Origin: Centroscyllium fabricii
Lineage: Eukaryota
Assembly (NCBI GenBank): GCA_051313645.2
Contig: JBNRSN020000008.1
Span: 74,400,001-74,464,000, forward strand
DNA: 64,000 nucleotides
Direction of reading: 5' to 3'
Part shown: piece by piece, positions 12,558 to 24,039 of the stretch
Layout of the letters: the number at the start of each line of letters is the position of its first letter
How positions within the stretch are numbered: the stretch's first letter is position 1
Made by a program: the position numbers and the translations under genes
The notes under the pieces: generated by a model
Seen by the model: the letters and a program-made list of their open reading frames with translations, nothing else
The model's database searches: none
What the model was told of the DNA's origin: nothing

Positions 12558-12984
12558 CCCATCTGACTGGCCAAGCCTTTAGTTACTCATTCTGAAGTGA
12601 AGACTACACAACCAGCACAGGGTTTTATTCAGTGGAGGATTGGAGGGTAGGACACACTGGCCCTAATATTTATGGGGTAATTCCTCAACACCCCCACTTT
12701 GGGTGGAACTTTGCCAGCGCTCAGAACGGGTTTGGAGACGGGACCGCTGTCAAAATCAAAAAGATTTGACAGTGGGCCGGCATCCCGCTCTGAACCCGCC
12801 TCCTTGTCAGGTTCCCGAGTGCCGGTTCTGCCTGCACTTTGCAGACACGGCACTGAGCGGCAGGTCATTCAATTGTGCTTGTTAGGAGGGTGTTTAAACT
12901 AATTAAATCCCCATTTTCCCAGCTCCAAAGCATTTTCCCAAGTTTTCCACGAGGTTTCCATCGCTTGGGGATCACGCCAGGTAA

Positions 12985-13113
12985 GTATGTCAGGATGTGT
13001 CTGTAGATGCAGGGTCCTGTGCGCCTGCTAGAAAGCGTTGGACGCCGAGCGGCTCCGCAAACTGAAGAATTTGTGCCGAACCACCGGGTGCCGGATTACC
13101 GGTGCCCAACCTG
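12985..13113. mobile_element. One-ended Tigger-like MITE fragment
   Basis: Ends in GTGCCGGATTACCGGTGCCCAACCTG, matching the TIR of the MITEs at 7717 and 40942. Confidence 0.6.
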
Positions 13114-13439
13114 TGTGTGTATATATATCCAATCTACACCTCCATGCATTTATCCATTGAGTCATTCGGTTTACTGTTCCAATTTGTATGATGATCTGGC
13201 TCAAGGAGGAGGGATAAAGTAACTCACTAAATGTAAGTTGAACATGTCTCCAGCCTGTATGTCAGTTTGGTTTGATAGTAATCTGTCGGTTTAACTTTTG
13301 TTTTGCACCTTTAATGATGTATATACCTGAATTTTGTCATTAGTTTGTAATGGCGCTGAGAATTTCTTCCTAGTCATTCCTGCTGTAGTTTAAACTCCTG
13401 TATTTATATTTGCATTTTTTCTTAACCAGAGTACTTTAG

Positions 13440-13585
13440 ATATAAATGCCAGCAGAGGAATGAAACTGAAGAAGAGGGGGGGTGGAGGTGGATTTGGGTA
13501 TCAGAAGTCCAAAAACGTCCACAAAGCAAAGATCTTCAAGCAAATTGGCAAGAATAAATCAGACAAAAGACAGTTTTCTCGTTAG
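13440..13585 (+). CDS. DDX18: DDX18 terminal coding exon
   Basis: Encodes (H)INASRGMKLKKRGGGGGFGYQKSKNVHKAKIFKQIGKNKSDKRQFSR-stop, matching the KKRGGGGGFGYQK...RQFS C-terminus of vertebrate DDX18. Confidence 0.95.
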
Positions 13586-14016
13586 ATGTCCCTACCACAA
13601 CTGTAATATTATTCATCTTTTGAGTTAAATGCCTCAGCTTAATCAGCTTTGGAAACTTTCTTCAGACCTGTACTGATTAAAGCTCAGTAACTGACTCCTG
13701 GTCACCGTTCTACTTGTGTAAACCTACATTTTTTTACACATTTGCTCGTGTATAGAATTTGCTATTTAAATGAGTTTTAATTTGAAGGTTAAAGCCCTGT
13801 TTAGAATTAATCTTTCAATTGTGGCATCCTTCGAATACATTGAATAATATTAACTGACTCATTGACATATTTTGTATTAAGATCAACCAAAGCATTCCCC
13901 TTTCTAACACATCTTTTTAATGAAGATATTTAACAGGACCAGAGACAATGATAGCTTTGTGTCTCATTGACTAAATAATCTAGAGATGTATATGAAATTG
14001 TCTACTTTCTGACTGT

Positions 14017-14022
14017 AATAAA
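14017..14022 (+). terminator. Candidate DDX18 polyadenylation signal
   Basis: AATAAA about 430 nt after the stop, at the end of an AT-rich 3' UTR-like stretch. An ATTAAA variant lies nearer, at about 13676. Confidence 0.4.
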
Positions 14023-14053
14023 CTACGGTATTCCATGTTTCCACATACAAGTA

Positions 14054-14398
14054 CAGGAAACTCTCTTTTAACCAGTATCTAAATCCCCAGAAATCCCACT
14101 TAACCGGCAAAATGCAGGAGTAGGTTCCGGTAAGTTTTACTTTGTTAGTGGCCGTGTAACCGGGGTTCCGGCACCTGTGGCTGTGCAACAGGGACTCCTG
14201 CACAAGTGCCATGTAACCGGGACTCCTGCACAAGTGCCGGGGTTCTGGCACCTGTGGCTGTGCAACAGGGACTCCTGGATCTGTGGCTGTGTACGGGGCT
14301 CTCGTACCTCGGTAAGTATACCTCTCTCTAATCCGGTCTTTTTGATCAACCGGCACCACGCCGGTCCCGTCGGTGCCAGATAAAAAAAGAGTTTCCTG
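14054..14398. mobile_element. Tigger-like MITE, third TIR type
   Basis: TIRs CAGGAAACTCT / AGAGTTTCCTG with TA on both flanks. Internal short tandem repeats. Confidence 0.8.
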
Positions 14399-15589
14399 TA
14401 AATGCAAGTGTCCTCCAAAAGAAGAGAAACCATTGGGACGCTTCCTGTTGGAAAGTTTGATACCATTTTGTGGACATGTGGTCTTTGAGCACTTGCCGAG
14501 TATAAAGCTTTATTCTGGTTTAGCAGTTCAGGTTTTTTTCTGCCATTTACAACAATTTGTACTGTTACTTTGTCTTCTGCATAGTATGTGTTCTGAAGTC
14601 ATTATTCCTTTTACTAAAGTAATTTGGATGCATTTTATATTTTACTCGTGTTTATTAAGCTGAAACATATCAATTTGAAAATAGCATAAGCTTCGCTTTG
14701 AGCACCCAGTGCTATGCCTTGACAGATCATCCTTGGAATTCACAATTGCTGGCACAGAGTTGGGCTATTTGCCAACCAACTGCCCCGCAAATATGGACAG
14801 AACTCTTACGGTTGCTGAATCTTTTCATTCCCATGGAACTGAATGAGTAGTAAAAGCACAAATTAAAATTTGAAGAGCTGTGTTGTGATAAAATTAATAG
14901 AAGACAAATTAATTTTTAAAGTATTTAAGAACTAGCTTGGTTTCAATTTTATTTTTTGGAATATTTGTAGCTTTGGGGGTCCTCCAGTGTAACTTACAAT
15001 ACCCCTACCGTCCTAGTTCCGTTCACCAGCCTTCCTTATAATGCTTTAAAATTGCTGTGCGACATTGCCCAGAATACGGTGATTAGGGTTAATTCACTAA
15101 TACAGCTTCCTGATGTTTACTTGAAGCCGCTCTATTTTTCCTCTGCAGCTGAAGAAATTTAATCTCAGGGTGATGCAGGACCTTGACTGACTGTGCAACT
15201 TTAAAATGCACACACGCTCATAGCGCCCAAGTCCCTCCCGTTGCACTGACCGCTCACTAACTACAACCATCTCCTAAAAGTAGAAACAGATGAGAACAAT
15301 CTACAGTGGCGCCGAGTGCGACAGAAAGAACGGCTGCAAAGGAGCAATAAGTAACCAAGATCTGAAGACAAATTATTTTCTAATTTGGGGAATGGGTTCA
15401 CTCCGGTGCAGCAGTGTAGTGAATCTCCCGGATGGAAGAGAAAATGAGCCCAGAAAATAACTCCCATTGGAAAGAATCTCAGGAAAGAATCAAGAGTTTT
15501 CAAATCTCTTTAAAAGTCTTTAAAGGTTTCTAAAAGTTTTAAAAAACATTAAAATACACTTACATTTAACAGGTACTCTCAATGGAAGA

Positions 15590-16200
15590 GACAAGTTTCT
15601 GTGGGCGTGGCTTAGTTTTGACAGCTTTAGTGGGTCTTCCCTTACTGACATGGGAGCATTTACATCGACCTGTGGGGGCAGACAAGGCCTGATCATAAAA
15701 CAAGTTCATCCGCCTCCAATTCTAATCATTATTAAGCCAAGATTCCTTAAGATTCTCATTTTTCTCAGGTAAATAATTGATTTGAGGTAAATAGCCAATG
15801 CGCCAGATGTAGCAATGTGGTGAATGTTGGTAAAGCATGCTGTAGTATTTCCCTACACCTTCCCTCCACTTCTGACATTTTAAAATAGAAATACTGTTTT
15901 TATTAATATATCCTTTGTATTTACCAGTCACGAAAAGATGTAATGTTTGTGTATATGTGTGTAATAGATGCTTGAGGTGAGGAAGGCTTCGTGCACATCC
16001 CAATACTTTAGTTGCCACACAAAGCCAGGGGAGCGTGTTGGGAAGTGAGTGGCTGCTATGAACAGTGGTAACTTCACCCGAGCCTAGTTCCCTCCCTGCT
16101 ATGGTAAATCCGCAAGAAGAGTGAAAGGAGGGCGTGTTCTAAGTATATGTAAAGCGAACAATGACAATTGTCCTTTACCTGCAGGCTCAATGAATCCTAT
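15590..16200 (+). promoter_or_regulatory. Possible promoter region of the 5-HT5B gene
   Basis: Repeat-free, CpG-retaining DNA with GC boxes (GGGCGTGGC ~15603, GGGCGTG ~16130) and CCAAT (~15795) upstream of the ATG. The transcription start cannot be fixed from sequence. Confidence 0.3.
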
Positions 16201-16785
16201 TGTTACTCTAACTAATGTTAAGTGAATTGTCGTGATTTTTAATGCGAATAATAAAGCCGAAAGCAATAGTCAGCTAACAATGTTTGGATCAGAGGGAAAT
16301 CATGCCATAGAGTAACAGGTAAATCGCCCCATGTCAGTATGTAAAGACGGGAGACATGATGATCTCAAGGCTCTATGTCTTTCTGGGAACAGGTGTCTTC
16401 CATTTCTGTGTCTCATCAACATGGTTATCACGTACAGGGTTTAATGTTACAAATTGCTCAGTCCTTGAACGGTATTTGCATAGAGCGGTGATGCTCAGCA
16501 TCAGGTGTGGGCTTCTTGGGAGAGCTTTGAAGTGGTAATGTTGAAGAAAAGCGCTCTCCTCTGTCTGGTAAATGAATGCACCAACTGAACGATCCAGGAT
16601 GCACTGGTCTTCTTTGATCAAGTTGAAAACCATGGAAGATATATAAAATAAGATATAAAAAATGTTGGACCATAATTTGCTGTGGCGGGGCATATAGGCT
16701 CAGCTCGCTGCAAGAGGGCATCTTCCCACTGCGGCTTGTTGGGGATGAAGCTAACTTGCGTGTTATTTCGCTAAAGCTGTGAATC

Positions 16786-17484
16786 ATGTGCCTCAACGGG
16801 TCCTTGTTCCTGAATGAAAGCTCGGGGAGCCGCAGCCTGAGGGGAGAATCGTTCACTGTCTTTCGGATCCTGATCGTGACTCTGTTGGCCCTTCTCATCA
16901 TCGCCACCTTCGTGTGGAACTTGCTGGTATTGGTGACTATCCTGAGAGTGAAGACCTTTCACCGAGTCCCGCACAACCTGGTGGCCTCCATGGCCGTCTC
17001 TGATGTGATGGTGGCCGCCTTGGTGATGCCGCTCAGCCTGGTCAACGAGCTGTTGGGGAGGCGCTGGAGGCTGGGCAGGGTCCTGTGCCATGTCTGGATT
17101 TCTTTCGATGTCCTCTGCTGCACCGCAAGTATCTGGAACGTTACTGCCATTGCCCTGGACAGGTTCTGGTCCATCACCAGGCACCTCGAGTATACGCTAA
17201 AGACCAGAAAAAGGATCTCCAACATCATGATTGGCCTGACTTGGGCGCTCTCCGCTGTCATCTCATTCTCTCCCCTTTTTGGCTGGGGCGAGGCTTACTC
17301 CGCCGACGAAGAGAACTGCCAAGTCAGCCAGGAGCCCTCCTATACCATCTTTTCAACCTTTGGGGCCTTCTATTTGCCTCTCTGCGTGGTTTTGTTCGTA
17401 TATTGGAAAATCTATAAGGCTGCCAAGTTCAGGATCGGGAACCGTAAGAGGAATGCTGTTGTCCCCATGGCCGAAATACTGCAG
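16786..17484 (+). CDS. HTR5B: 5-hydroxytryptamine receptor 5B, exon 1 (TM1-TM5)
   Basis: ATG preceded by an in-frame TGA. 233 codons including [51 protein letters not shown] and STFGAFYLP. Donor CAG|GTAAAA. Confidence 0.9.
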
Positions 17485-17948
17485 GTAAAAGAGTTTCTGT
17501 ATTCGCTCACCCACAACCATCAGATCGCTCCTGTCCAGAGGCACATCCACCACCACCATACATGTAGTGACTGCTCCAACCCACAAAGGCCAGCCGGTTA
17601 TCCCATTACACTATTGGAGCAATTATAATATATTTTGGTAAAATATTTATTCTAGTGCAATCTTAAAAGCCGCACAACTCCGGGTTGCTGACGCACTTTC
17701 ATATATGTCCGATAACCAACCTGTCGAAGTGGACTCGGCTGATTTGTTGGTGTGAAATGACCGCTGATCATCTGCAGAACAGACCAGAGAGCTGACCCCA
17801 GTCTGGGCTGAGAAAGTTCAGCAACAGTTGAATGCTAAACTCCGGGCAGAGAGCAAGGTCAAAAACAACCACAAGTGCAATATCGGTACCATTTAAAATA
17901 TTTTTGGATCAAAAATAAAAACAAACAGGCAACAATGCGTATTATTAA

Positions 17949-18174
17949 CATAGAAGATAGGAGCAGGAGTAGGCCATTCAGCCCTTCGAGCCTGCTCCGC
18001 CATTCAATGAGATCATGGCTGATCATCCAAACCCAGCACCCTGTCCCTGCCCTCTCCCCATATCCCTCTTGAGCCTGCACTGACACATATTCCACCAACC
18101 CCACATATTCAATCCCCCTAACACTAAGGGTCAATGTATCCTGGCCAATCAACCTAACCCGCACATCTTTGGAC
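17949..18174 (-). mobile_element. 5'-truncated HE1-like V-SINE in the HTR5B intron
   Basis: Matches the 3' part of 37104-37494. Confidence 0.85.
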
Positions 18175-19091
18175 CTAACCTGGCAAACTTATCCACAGTT
18201 TACATATTCACCTATTTTTGCTTCAAGCACTCTTTCCAAATGATAAAAGTAAAATGCCTGGAATCGATTTTAAAATGCCTAATTGTAGAAACACTGTCAG
18301 CGGATAAAATCAGAGGTTGGGTATCGCCAGCGCTTCAAAATGAGCCGCTCACTGTTTCACCGGCTGTCGAGGGGACGGAGTGACTGAGGAGAGGGGACAG
18401 TGTCTGGAGAGAGGACGGGGCGTTCGAGAAGTTACTGGGGGGAGACGGTGTTAAAGGGCCGGACTGTCGTGTGTGTTATTCCTTATCCGAAAACAAAGCA
18501 GAGTCAGCGACTTGAGCGGGATGATGAAAAGGCTGAGAGCATCAAAGGGAAAGTTGGGGTCGCGGGGGAACATGGCAGCAAGCGCTCTGCTTTCGGGCAA
18601 CCCTGAATTTTTCAATGATGTCTGTTTAATTCTGGACTAAAAGACTAATGGTCCAGTAACTCTCACAATGTGCTCCAGTATTTGAGTTTATAGTTTTGAT
18701 TGGAATTTCCCCGATATTAAAGTACCTCAATTGTGAAAGTGGGGCTGAGCACCGAATGTAGTTCTCAATAATTCGCCCCAGTCCTTCACACGGTGGTTTT
18801 ATTGATCCGTTTTCTTAAATCACAGTAATATGAGGACAGGGCATTAGAATTGATATTGCTTAGATACAAATAAGGCAAATGGATTTCTAATTAGTAATAT
18901 GGTGACAATTTAGTCCATACCGATGCCTTAAATGGTCAGTATGAGCGAGTGTTACTATTCTCGGGTTGAAGTAATCATTCTATTCTGGTGCAGTATTGAG
19001 GGGGATTGAACATTCAGCGCGGAAGAAACCCCGCATTGCTTTGTCCTGCTCCCTGCGATGATGATGTTTTAACCCGTGAACCTTGTTGTAG

Positions 19092-19424
19092 GTGAAGGAA
19101 GCCAGTCACCAGCCCCAGATGGAGTGTGCGGTCCGACACCCCGCCCTGACCTTCCAGGCGGACGGAGAAGCTTGGCGCCAACAGAAGGAAAAGAAGGCAG
19201 CGGTGATGGTGGGGATCCTGATCGGGGTCTTCGTCCTGTGCTGGACCCCGTTCTTCATCACTGAACTGCTCAGTCCCCTGTGCTCTTGCAACATCCCCCC
19301 GGTCTGGAAGAGTATATTTGTCTGGCTGGGTTATTCCAATTCCTTTTTCAATCCTCTCATCTACACAGCTTTCAACAAAAATTACAACAACGCCTTCAGA
19401 TATTTATTCATAAAGCAGCGATAA
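19092..19424 (+). CDS. HTR5B: 5-hydroxytryptamine receptor 5B, exon 2 (TM6-TM7, C-terminus)
   Basis: Acceptor TTGTAG|GTG, phase 0. Contains [20 protein letters not shown] and the C-terminus [16 protein letters not shown], closer to 5B (..TKQR) than 5A (..SRQH). Position between DDX18 and CCDC93 supports 5B. Confidence 0.9.
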   Translation: MKEASHQPQMECAVRHPALTFQADGEAWRQQKEKKAAVMVGILIGVFVLCWTPFFITELLSPLCSCNIPPVWKSIFVWLGYSNSFFNPLIYTAFNKNYNNAFRYLFIKQR

Positions 19425-19692
19425 AAGATTCGATGTAAACGGATGAATCTGCCCTGAAGTTACTGAACAACAGTAACATTCCGCCCGTGTAACTGATCAA
19501 ACATGCTTAATACTTCATTCTATTTCATCTCTGTTTATAAAGCTTAGAGATCTCTAGTCTGGATTATAAAAACATACCAATTGTTTACTGTGTTGTACTA
19601 CTTGATTTTATTATTTCGAAAATGACTCATTAAATTAAAGGTGATGTCGGCGGGATTCCCTTAGTGGAACAGAATCACCTCCTTTCTATAAC

Positions 19693-20167
19693 AATGTAAG
19701 AAGTCCCACAACACCAGGTTAACAGTTTTATTAGAAATCACAAGCTTTCGAAGCGCTGCTCCTTCATCAGGTGAAGTGAAGAGATGCATATAGGCACAGC
19801 ATATATAGTCAGAAAACAATGCTTATTTTTTTTGTTTGTTTTTCATACAGCATCTGCAACATTTGACCTCTTGTGACCCCACCTCATTGTTCTTTGATGG
19901 AATGTTTAGCTGACTGACCTGTTTGGACACCATTTACACCCTTGATCTACCGAGGTGTGATAAAGGGCAGTTAGAAAAATTAACTAATCATCTGGCATTG
20001 TTTTCTGACTATATATGCTGTGCCTATGTGCATCTCTTCACTTCACCTGATGAAGGAGCAGCGCTCCGAAAGCTTGTGATTTCAAATAAAACTGTTGGAC
20101 TATAACCTGGTGTTGTGTGGCTTCTTACATTTGTCCACCCCAGTCCAACACCAGCATCTCCACAAAA
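19693..20167. mobile_element. Fold-back Penelope-like insertion
   Basis: Inverted arms 19695-19822 / ~19996-20129. Flanking direct repeat TTTCTATAAC at 19683-19692 and 20168-20177. Confidence 0.8.
20043..20079 (+). ncRNA. Minimal type I hammerhead ribozyme motif
   Basis: TCAC-CTGATGA-A-GGAGC-AGC-GCTCC-GAAA-GCTT-GTGA: stem I TCAC/GTGA, cores CUGAUGA and GAAA, stem II GGAGC/GCTCC, palindromic AAGCTT in place of a full stem III. Confidence 0.7.
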
Positions 20168-22029
20168 TTTCTATAACTATAATGAGGGCTTACTCTCCAA
20201 GACACCGACACTAACATCTTTCAGCTCCCGATCAAAATTATTCATACAATCCCAAATAAAACACATCGGTATTTTATTATTTAAGATATTGCCTATATTT
20301 GAAATTATATAATATTCTCAGTTATATCTTCAGTAAGTTGTTATTTTAATATATGATGGAATAATTGCAGCTTTAAAACCATGTTTCTGAGTGAACTGTA
20401 AATCCTTTTTGAATATTGATGTATACAATTCTTTTTTGTTTCATACTCCTAGAATATAAGTGTGCTCTTAGTAGATAGGCTGAGAGAATACTTGTTAAAG
20501 TGATATTTTATTTATAATATGATAGTTTGTAAATGGATAGTTGGTTTATGGTCACAGTTTAGTAAATTTACTGTTCTGACGCTATACTGAAACTTTAGGG
20601 TGTTTTGTAAAATAACTCCAGGACAAATTTACTGTCCCCCCGTCCCGTCCCCGTCCCCCCCAATTCCCCATCTCTCCTGGAGGTGCTGACTCCTTTCTGA
20701 GCTATCAGTGCTGGCTAGTGTCCTCTGATATTTAACCCCAACTGATCATTCATGCCCGAGCCTTGCCAGTGGGTATCAGCAGGCTTTACCATATTGAGGG
20801 GTGAGGGATGAACAGCTGAGCCTCATCCTGTCCACGGTCACACATCCAGTTGCTTTTAACATGAGAGTTTAAGTTACACAGGTACAAAAATGGCAACCCT
20901 TTAATATATTGTATTATCATACAGCTGTAAATTGTACCATTGCTAATAACATTGTGTGTATAAATTACTTAATTATTCTTAAATATTTATAATATTTATG
21001 TAACTATTGGAAAACATTGATCTTAAAATAAAAAGGGTTGGAGTTCTGTCACTGGGTCAGGTGTTTAAATGACTGAAGATTCAAGTTTGCTTCATAAACC
21101 TGTGGACAGCTCAGAGTTACAGGTGTAACGCCTATAGTGCCTGCTCTGAACTGCTGGTTGCATTCTGCTCATTTTACAGGCTGTTAACTGGTATAAATAT
21201 TATTTACTCTTTGTGCTCCATTGGCTGTTAAAGCTGGTAACTGGTACATTTGCAGATGCAGCATCTTACACATAAACGGAACAACTTCTGTACATGGCTT
21301 TCCATCAGTAAGGCAGAGCTATTTAAGAATTGTCCATCAGATCATTTAACCCACTAAATCCCTTTCTGTGATTGGTTTATCTATTGATTCCTTTCTCTCC
21401 ACCCCCTTTTCCCCAACTTTACTAAAATGCTTGTTTATCTTTTAGTCTTCAGTTCTAATGAAGGGTAAACACTCAATACCTATATTTTCTTTTTGAAGAT
21501 GCTGACTGACCTGCTATGTATTTCCAAAAGCTTCTGTTTTTATTATAGATTTCGAGCTTTTGCGGTTTTCTTTCTAATGCCCATATGCACAGTACACATA
21601 CGTATTTAGTTAATGCTGACTATTTCTCATTCTGTGACTGCAAAAAGTCATTTTTATAGACCATAGTAGTTATTCTTTTGATAGTATTTCAGAATTATTC
21701 TATGTTAAGATCGTACATGGAGATTGTAACCTGTAGAATAAACAAAATTTATGCCTCCAATTTTGGACTGCAGATCATTGCATTATTTGTTCAAATATAG
21801 GAACAGATTAATTTCCTATTCCAATTAGTCCCTAAACAACCTCATTTAATTGATCCAAAGCATATACTTTAAAATTGTGTTACAATGTTAGTTTAAATAT
21901 TTATATTTCACACGTTAATGCTGCAAAGAACTCCCCTTCCTTCCCGTGCTGTAATCATCAGCTGATGCAATTCATCCCCTTGGAAGAAACTCTGTATTCA
22001 ATTGTTTATCATCTGTAATAGCACACTTA

Positions 22030-23190
22030 TTGCAGAAGCATACGAGAGCATAGGCCTTACACTAAACATCTGTAAGACAAAGGTCCTTTACCAACCTGCC
22101 CCCGCCACACAGTACTGCCCCCCAATTATCAAAATCCATGACAAGGCCTTGGACAACGTGGACCACTTTGCATACCTTGGGAGCCTACTGTCAACAAGTG
22201 TAAGAAGTCACACAACACCAGGTTATAGTCCAACAGTTTTATTTGGAATCACAAGCTTTCGGAGCACAGCTCCTTCATCAGGTGCATGTAAAGAGATTCT
22301 CTTTACATGCACCTGATGAAAGAGCTGCGCTCCGAAAGCTTGTGATTTCAAATAAAACTGTTGGACTATAACCTGGTGTTGTGTGACTTCTTACATTTAT
22401 CCACCCCAGTCCAACACCAGCACCTCCACATCATGGCTACTGTCAACAAAGACAGACGTCGATGACGAAGTCCAACACCGCCTTCAGTGTGCCAGTGCAG
22501 CCTTCGGTCACCTGAGGAAGAGAGTGTTTGAAGACCAGGACCACAAACCCGGCACCAAGCTCATGGTCTACAGAGCAGTCGTGATACCCACCCTCCAGTA
22601 TGCCTCAGAGACATGGACCATGTACAGCAGGCACCTCAAAACACTGAAGAGGAACCACCAATGCTGCCTCCGCAAGTTCCTGCAAATCCATTGGCAGGAT
22701 AGGCGCACCAACATCAGTGTTCTCGCTCAGGCCAACATCCTCAGCATCGAAGCTTTGACCACGCTCGATCAGCTCCGATGGATGGGCCACATCATCCGCA
22801 TGCACGATACGAGACTCCCAAAACAAGCGCTCTACTCGGAGCTCCAACAAGGCAAGAGAGCCCCAGGTGGGCAGAGGAAATGCTTCAAGGACAGCCTCAA
22901 AGCTTCCTTTAAAAAGTGCATTGACACCTGGGAATCCCTGGCCCAAGATTGCACAAAGTAGAGGAGAAGCATCCGGGAAGGTGCTGAACACCTCAAGTGT
23001 CTTCGCCGGGAGCAAGCGGAAGTCAAGCGCAAGCAGCGCAAAGAGTGCACATCAACCCAAGCACCCCACCCACCTGCCCCTTCAACCACCATCTGCCCCA
23101 CCTGTGACAGCGACTGTAGGTCCCACCTGTGAACTCATTTTTAATGTGGAAGCAAGTCATCCTCGGTTCCGAGGGACTGCCTAAGAAGAA
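22030..23190 (+). mobile_element. RTE-clade LINE, 3' part
   Basis: GLTLNICKTKVLYQP, FAYLGSLLS, ASAAFGHLRKRVF, QLRWMGHIIRM and RLPKQALYSEL; ends in AAGAAGAAG. Interrupted at 22198-22436. Confidence 0.85.
22198..22436. mobile_element. Palindromic Penelope-like insertion with hammerhead motifs on both strands
   Basis: Near-perfect hairpin 22199-22395 with a 3-nt loop. 13-bp target duplication CTACTGTCAACAA at 22185-22197 and 22437-22449. Confidence 0.85.
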
Positions 23191-23442
23191 GACAGAAGAG
23201 ATAAGACCACGACTCGAATGGTTCCCTTTCTTTACAGTTCAGTCTCCAAAATGAATCCTATATTCCTGGCTCACAGTTATAGTAATTGCAGCCCTAAATA
23301 TGCATACATCACATCTTGATGTGGTAAACCTATTGGGTCAGTAGTGGTATAATTCACTGAGACAAGAGTATGTACAGCAGCTATATTCTGAGCAATGTAC
23401 TTACCATAACTAATAATGAGTGGTTAGTTATGCCACCAGTAT

Positions 23443-23850
23443 CAGCCTTGGCTCAGTGGTAACACTCTTGCCTCCGACTCAGAAGTTTGTGGCCACTCCA
23501 GAGATTTGAGTACATAATGTAGGCTGACACTTCAGTGCAGTATTGAGGGAGTGCTGCACTTTCAGAGGAGCTGTCATTTGGGTAAGGTGTTAAACCGAGG
23601 CTCTATTTCCCTTTGCAAGTGGATGTAAAATATTCTATGGCAGTCTCTGAAGAAGAGCATGGGAATTCTCTCGGTGTCCTGGCCGACATCATATCACTAA
23701 AACAGATTATCTGCTCATTATCTTATTTCTGTTTGTGGCTGCCTTACTGTGTGCAAATTGGTTGCCTTGTTCCCCTACACTAACAGTGACCACACTTCAA
23801 ACGTACTTCATTGGCTGTAAAGTGCTTTGTCGTGAAAGGTGCTCTATCAA
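23443..23850 (+). mobile_element. DeuSINE-like (SacSINE1-like) SINE
   Basis: tRNA-like head TGGCTCAGTGG, Deu-domain-like CAGTGCAGTATTGAGGGAGTGCTGCAC...TGTTAAACCGAGG, tail CATTGGCTGTAAAGTGCTTTG. Confidence 0.7.
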
Positions 23851-24039
23851 TTCTGCTTTGTGAGAGTTCTGTTCTGCTACATATATACATAAACCCGGGA
23901 GTGTCTGTGGTACAGACCTGATTTGATGAGCAGAATCATGAATTAAATAAAAATGTTTTACTTCATGATCCATAAACAATATTTAATAAATCATTTGCTT
24001 CTGCATACAAAGAAAACCTACCCTTACTGGTTCAATTCA

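Larger units (their letters stand above)
6512..13439 (+). other. U12-type (minor spliceosome) GT-AG intron, last coding intron of DDX18
   Basis: 5' splice site GTATCCTTTT. Branch site TTTTCTTAAC at 13417-13426, about 14 nt before the AG at 13438-13439. No long polypyrimidine tract. Splicing restores the DDX18 frame. Confidence 0.9.

Noticed and set aside
14150-14300. CRISPR-like short repeats
   Set aside because: Irregular internal tandem repeats of a MITE in a vertebrate genome; no unique spacers and no cas genes.
16786-17628. 280-aa single-exon truncated GPCR
   Set aside because: A canonical donor at 17485 and a phase-matched second exon at 19092 complete the 7-TM receptor; the His-rich tail is intronic read-through.
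15000-19100. REST/NRSF (RE1) site expected near a neuronal receptor gene
   Set aside because: Only partial half-site matches were found by eye; none fits the full consensus.
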